63,374 bases of DNA from Acidimicrobiia bacterium. Lineage in GTDB: Bacteria > Actinomycetota > Acidimicrobiia > IMCC26256 > JACDBD01. Positions 59,513 through 63,374 of this stretch are shown one piece after another. The notes under the pieces were generated by a model. It was not told where the DNA came from. It saw nothing but the letters and a program-made list of their open reading frames with translations, and did no database searches. Within the stretch, counting starts at the first letter, position 1. Each line of letters starts with the position of its first letter. Location: contig DATFXL010000110.1 in the NCBI GenBank assembly GCA_035316025.1, positions 1 through 63,374 on the forward strand, given 5' to 3'. The translations under genes were made by a program, and so were the position numbers.

Positions 59513-61063
59513 TCAGAGCCGCGGCGCGAGGACGGCGTCGACGAGGTACGGACCGGGCTCGGTCAGGCCGCGCCCCAACGCGGTGACGAGCTCGTCGGCG
59601 GTGGTCGCCCGCGCCGACGGCACGCCCATGCCTTGGGCGAGCGCCGTGAAGTCGAGATCGGGACGCGACAGGTCGAGCATGTCGTGCGCTTTCGGTCCCG
59701 ATGACTCGGCGCCGACCCGGCTGAGCTCGAGGTTGAGGATGGCGTACGACCGGTTGTTGAAGATCACCGTCGTGACGTCGAGGCCCTCGCGCGCCTGCGT
59801 CCACAACGCTTGCAACGTGTACATGGCGCTGCCGTCCGCCTCGAGGCACAGCACCTTGCGATCGGGGCACGCAACCGCCGCGCCCGTTGCGGCCGGCAAG
59901 CCCTGCCCGATCGCGCCGCCCGTCAACGTCAACGCGTCGTGGGGCGGCGCGCCAGCGGTCGCGGCCGCCACCCACAACCCGGCTGTGTTCGCCTCGTCGG
60001 ACACGATCGCGTCTTCGGGAAGGAGCGCGCCGATGGCGTCGGCCACGGCCTCACCGGTCAGGTCTCCCGTCGGTCGCTCCGGCCGGTGCGCGGGTTGCAA
60101 GGTCGGCTCGGCCGTGCCGACCACGTCGGCGAGGTGCTCGAGCGCGCCGACCGCGTCATCCGCGCCGGCGGCGAGGACGTACACCTGACAGCCGTCCGGC
60201 ACCAGGAAGCTGGGCTTGTCGGGGTAGGCGAAGAACGACACCGGCGCCTTGGCGTCGACGAGCACGAGATGGCGCAGACCGTCGAGCTGCGCGGTCATGA
60301 ACTCGGCGAGGTAGCCGAGGCGCTCGAGGGGCGGACGGCCGGCGCCCCGTTGCAGGCGGGCGGGAAACGTCTCGCCCAGCAGCTTGGCGCCGGTGGTGTT
60401 CGCCACCCGGCTGGCGGCGACGAGCCCGCGTTCGCGCGTTGAGCTCCCGCCGACGAGCAACGCCGACGACTCGCCCGACACCAGCACCTTTGCTACCGCT
60501 TCCACCACCTCGTCGGCGACCGCGGCGCGCGCCGCCCGCGCCCGAGGCTCGACCGGCTCGGCGCCCTCGGCCCAGGACACGTCGGCGGGGAGGATCAGCG
60601 TCGCCACGTGGCCTGGCGGCCCGAGCGCGGCGCCCACGGCGTCGGCGGCGTCGAGCGCGACGTCGGCGGTGCTGCGCGAGGTACGGATCCATCCTGACAC
60701 GTTGCGGGCGGCGCTCTCGATGTCGGACTGCAGAGGTGCGTCGTGCTGGGCGTGGTAGGTCGCGTGGTCGCCGACGACGTTCACGAGCGGTGTGCGGGCG
60801 CGGCGGGCATTGTGCAGGTTGGCGAGCCCGTTGCCGACGCCAGGCCCGAGGTGCAGCAGGGTCGCCGCCGGCTTGTCGGCCATCCGCCCGTAGCCGTCGG
60901 CAGCGCCCGTCACGACACCCTCGAACAGGCCGAGGGCGCCGCGCATCTCGGGCACCGCGTCGAGGGCGGCGACGAAGTGCATCTCGGACGTGCCGGGGTT
61001 CGTGAAGCACACGTCGACGCCGCTGTCGACGAGCGTCCGGATGAGCGCCTGCGCTCCGTTCAT
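59513..61063 (-). CDS. ThDP-dependent enzyme (IlvX-like / benzoylformate-decarboxylase-like family)
   Basis: CFTNPGTSEMHFVAALD, FEGVVTGAADGY, GGAIGQG, ADGSAMYT...NN. Confidence 0.88.
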   Translation of the reverse strand: MNGAQALIRTLVDSGVDVCFTNPGTSEMHFVAALDAVPEMRGALGLFEGVVTGAADGYGRMADKPAATLLHLGPGVGNGLANLHNARRARTPLVNVVGDHATYHAQHDAPLQSDIESAARNVSGWIRTSRSTADVALDAADAVGAALGPPGHVATLILPADVSWAEGAEPVEPRARAARAAVADEVVEAVAKVLVSGESSALLVGGSSTRERGLVAASRVANTTGAKLLGETFPARLQRGAGRPPLERLGYLAEFMTAQLDGLRHLVLVDAKAPVSFFAYPDKPSFLVPDGCQVYVLAAGADDAVGALEHLADVVGTAEPTLQPAHRPERPTGDLTGEAVADAIGALLPEDAIVSDEANTAGLWVAAATAGAPPHDALTLTGGAIGQGLPAATGAAVACPDRKVLCLEADGSAMYTLQALWTQAREGLDVTTVIFNNRSYAILNLELSRVGAESSGPKAHDMLDLSRPDLDFTALAQGMGVPSARATTADELVTALGRGLTEPGPYLVDAVLAPRL

Positions 61064-61164
61064 GGTCGGACCTCCGCGCGGATGGTGACCAGCGAGCACG
61101 GGGTCGACGCCATGTAGCAGCGCTCCTGGTCCGTGAGAATGACGAGGATGTTCAGCGGGTCCAT
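61060..61164 (-). pseudogene. Probable internally deleted sulfatase remnant (34 aa)
   Basis: MDPLNILVILTDQERCYMASTPCSLVTIRAEVRP; sulfatase-type N-terminal NILxIxxDQ motif; start and stop overlap the flanking genes. Confidence 0.65.
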
Positions 61165-62537
61165 CAGTCGAAGAGCGTGCCCGGGTTGAGAATCCCGTTG
61201 GGATCGAAGGCGGCCTTGATGCGGCGCATGAGCTCGACCTTGGTGGGGTCCTCGAGTTCGAGGTAGTACCGCTTCTTCTCCTTGCCCACGCCGTGCTCGC
61301 CCGAGATGGCGCCGCCGAGGGTCATACCCGCCTCGAACAGGCCCCGCATGACCTTGTACCGCTGCTCGGCGTCCGGTTGGAACACGGAGAGGTGGACGTT
61401 GCCGTCGCCGGCGTGGCCGCACCCGGCGATGAGCGACTGGTATGTCTGGCCGATCTCGGCGACCTTGGCCATGAACTCCGGGACCGCGGAACGCGGGACG
61501 ACGATGTCGACGATGTCGTCAGCGTTGTTCGCCTTGGCCACCCAGAACGCTTTCTCACGGGCGTCGATGAGCTGGGCCGCCGCCTGCGGGGGCAGTACGT
61601 ACACGTCGAGCGCGCCGAGGCCGGCGAGCTGCTCGCCGAGGGCCTGGACGTCCTCGTCGAGTCGGTCCGCGCGCGTGTTCTCCATCATCACGACGAGATA
61701 AGCGAGGGCGCGCTCCTTGACTTCGGAGGCGACACCGAGGTCGAGCCCGACGTGCGCGGTGATGGCGGACATCGACAACGTGTCGATGTACTCGAGGATG
61801 AGCGGCCCGATGCCGCTGGCGACGATCGCTGGCACCGCCCGGGTGACGTGCTCGAGCACGGGGAACGGCGCGAGCACGGTCGCCTGGTGCTCCGGACGCG
61901 GGTAGAGCTTGAGGATCGCCTCCGTGACCAGCGCGAGCGTTCCCTCGGAGCCGATGATCAGCTGAGTGAGGTCGTAGCCGGTCGTGGCCTTGACGAACCG
62001 ACCGCCGGTGCGGATCACGTCGCCGTTGGCAAGCACGGCCTCGACGCCGAGCACCTGATGACGGGTCACGCCGTACTTGACGGCGCGCATCCCACCCGCG
62101 TTCGTTGCCACGTTGCCGCCCAGGCTCGAGCTGTACTCGCCCGGGTACACCGGGTACACGAGCTGGTGCGCGGCCGTCACCTCGTCGAGCTGGTCGAGCG
62201 TGACGCCGGGCTGGACGACGGCGACGTGATTGCTCTCGTCGATCTCGACGATCTCGTTCATGCGCTCGAACGAAACCACCATGCCGTCGTGACGGGGGAC
62301 GGCCGCCCCCGACAGGCCGGTCCCGCTCCCGCGCGCCGTCACCGGCAGGCGGTGCTCGTTCGCGATGCGCAGGACGGCCGAGACCTCGGTCGTGTTCCCG
62401 GGGCGGACGACGAACGCAGGGACCTCCGGGGTAGCCGTGAGAGCTTCGTCGTGGGCGTAGTCGTCGGCGATGGCGTCGCCGGTCAAGATGTGTTCGGCGG
62501 GCACGAAGTCCGTGAGCTGACCCGCGACACCCCGCAT
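61164..62537 (-). CDS. FAD-linked 2-hydroxyacid oxidase (GlcD/D-lactate dehydrogenase family)
   Basis: RGSGTGLSG, SLGGNVATNAGG, GSEGTL, GHAGDGNVH, SGEHGVG, FDPNGILNPG. Confidence 0.92.
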   Translation of the reverse strand: MRGVAGQLTDFVPAEHILTGDAIADDYAHDEALTATPEVPAFVVRPGNTTEVSAVLRIANEHRLPVTARGSGTGLSGAAVPRHDGMVVSFERMNEIVEIDESNHVAVVQPGVTLDQLDEVTAAHQLVYPVYPGEYSSSLGGNVATNAGGMRAVKYGVTRHQVLGVEAVLANGDVIRTGGRFVKATTGYDLTQLIIGSEGTLALVTEAILKLYPRPEHQATVLAPFPVLEHVTRAVPAIVASGIGPLILEYIDTLSMSAITAHVGLDLGVASEVKERALAYLVVMMENTRADRLDEDVQALGEQLAGLGALDVYVLPPQAAAQLIDAREKAFWVAKANNADDIVDIVVPRSAVPEFMAKVAEIGQTYQSLIAGCGHAGDGNVHLSVFQPDAEQRYKVMRGLFEAGMTLGGAISGEHGVGKEKKRYYLELEDPTKVELMRRIKAAFDPNGILNPGTLFD

Positions 62538-62539
62538 CG

Positions 62540-63073
62540 TCAGGGCCGCCGGCCGAGAAAGCAGAGGAGCTCGACCTGTGCCTTGGCGCCGGGCGGCGGG
62601 TCGATCTTCGGACCAAAGCTCCCCGACGCGCGCAAGGCCTCGTCGTTGGGCTTCAGGCGCTCCAGCACCATCGCTGCGGTCTCCGGACTGAGGCGCTCGT
62701 CACCGCCCGTCGCCCTCGCGAGATCCCAGGTGTGCACGGTGAGATCGGACAGGCGCGGGATCAGGGCCATCTCGACGGGCATCTCGCCACGGATGCCCGT
62801 GATCGTCCGTTCCATGACGCCGGGCTGGCGCAGCGCCGTGAGCGCGGCGGCGCGCACGGCCTTCCACGTCGTTCGGGGGTCGGAGCCGTCGTCGTTGACG
62901 GGGACGTCGAGGCTGTCCGGGATCTGCCGCTGGATCGTGATGACGTGGTCGACCAGCTGGCGCACGTCCCAGTCGGTGCAGGGCGTGCGGTTCGACCACT
63001 GGTCGTCGGCGACGGCCTCGAGCCGGTCGGTGAACCCGTCCGCTGCTTCCTCGTAGCGGTCGATGAGGTCCAT
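62540..63073 (-). CDS. TIGR03086-like (MDMPI/DinB superfamily) metal-binding protein
   Basis: TPCTDWDVRQLVDHV, VHTWDLARATG, LLCFLGRRP. Confidence 0.85.
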   Translation of the reverse strand: MDLIDRYEEAADGFTDRLEAVADDQWSNRTPCTDWDVRQLVDHVITIQRQIPDSLDVPVNDDGSDPRTTWKAVRAAALTALRQPGVMERTITGIRGEMPVEMALIPRLSDLTVHTWDLARATGGDERLSPETAAMVLERLKPNDEALRASGSFGPKIDPPPGAKAQVELLCFLGRRP

Positions 63074-63147
63074 CTCCCCATCATCGCGAAGGACCAAAGG
63101 TCCCGCTGGGGCCGATCTGACGCCCTCTGGTACGTTGACGAGTGCGA

Positions 63148-63221
<74 letters not shown>

Positions 63222-63230
63222 CTGCACACT

Positions 63231-63264
63231 GAGGCCGTGGATCGTTGATCCACGGCCTCGTGTT
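63231..63264 (+). terminator. Hairpin terminator after tRNA-fMet
   Basis: GAGGCCGTGGATC-GTT-GATCCACGGCCTC perfect 13-bp stem followed by GTGTTT. Confidence 0.75.
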
Positions 63265-63267
63265 TGC

Positions 63268-63283
63268 AGCGGGGGCGGGATTT
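63268..63283 (-). repeat. Inverted copy of the tRNA-fMet 3' end
   Basis: AGCGGGGGCGGGATTT is the exact reverse complement of 63205-63220. Confidence 0.85.
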
Positions 63284-63374
63284 CGCCGTCGGCCGCTTTG
63301 CGGCCATCCGGTCAAATCCCAGATTGCTCGCGCCACTTTGGTGTTCTTCTTTGTGGTAGTACGGCTGGGTAGCT

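Overview
A high-GC actinobacterial chromosomal segment, by inference Acidimicrobiia-like from gene content and style. No CRISPR array, transposase, integrase or phage gene was seen. Left third: the 5' part of a Cys-type selD, an NlpC/P60 hydrolase with a structured 5' leader, and scattered acyl-CoA genes (Mcl-like lyase, two Mcd-like dehydrogenases, MaoC hydratase) resembling the lower ethylmalonyl-CoA pathway, plus ABC transporters and a LuxR-AAA regulator. Centre (30.8-53.7 kb): a ~23 kb cobalamin cluster with two B12 riboswitches. It combines early-cobalt ('anaerobic') ring genes (cbiX, cbiD, cbiG-H) with a late chelatase (cobN plus a chlI-D fusion), salvage genes (cbiZ, cobU), a small dicluster ferredoxin missed by the ORF track, and two cobalt uptake systems; no cbiJ/cobK is visible. 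Right end: orphan DNA methyltransferase, ccdA, class III cyclase, an operon containing an internally deleted sulfatase remnant, and tRNA-fMet followed by an inverted copy of its own 3' end. A ~55 bp palindromic intergenic repeat occurs three times, and many genes look leaderless. All calls rest on motif recognition by eye, without database searches; start codons were chosen manually.
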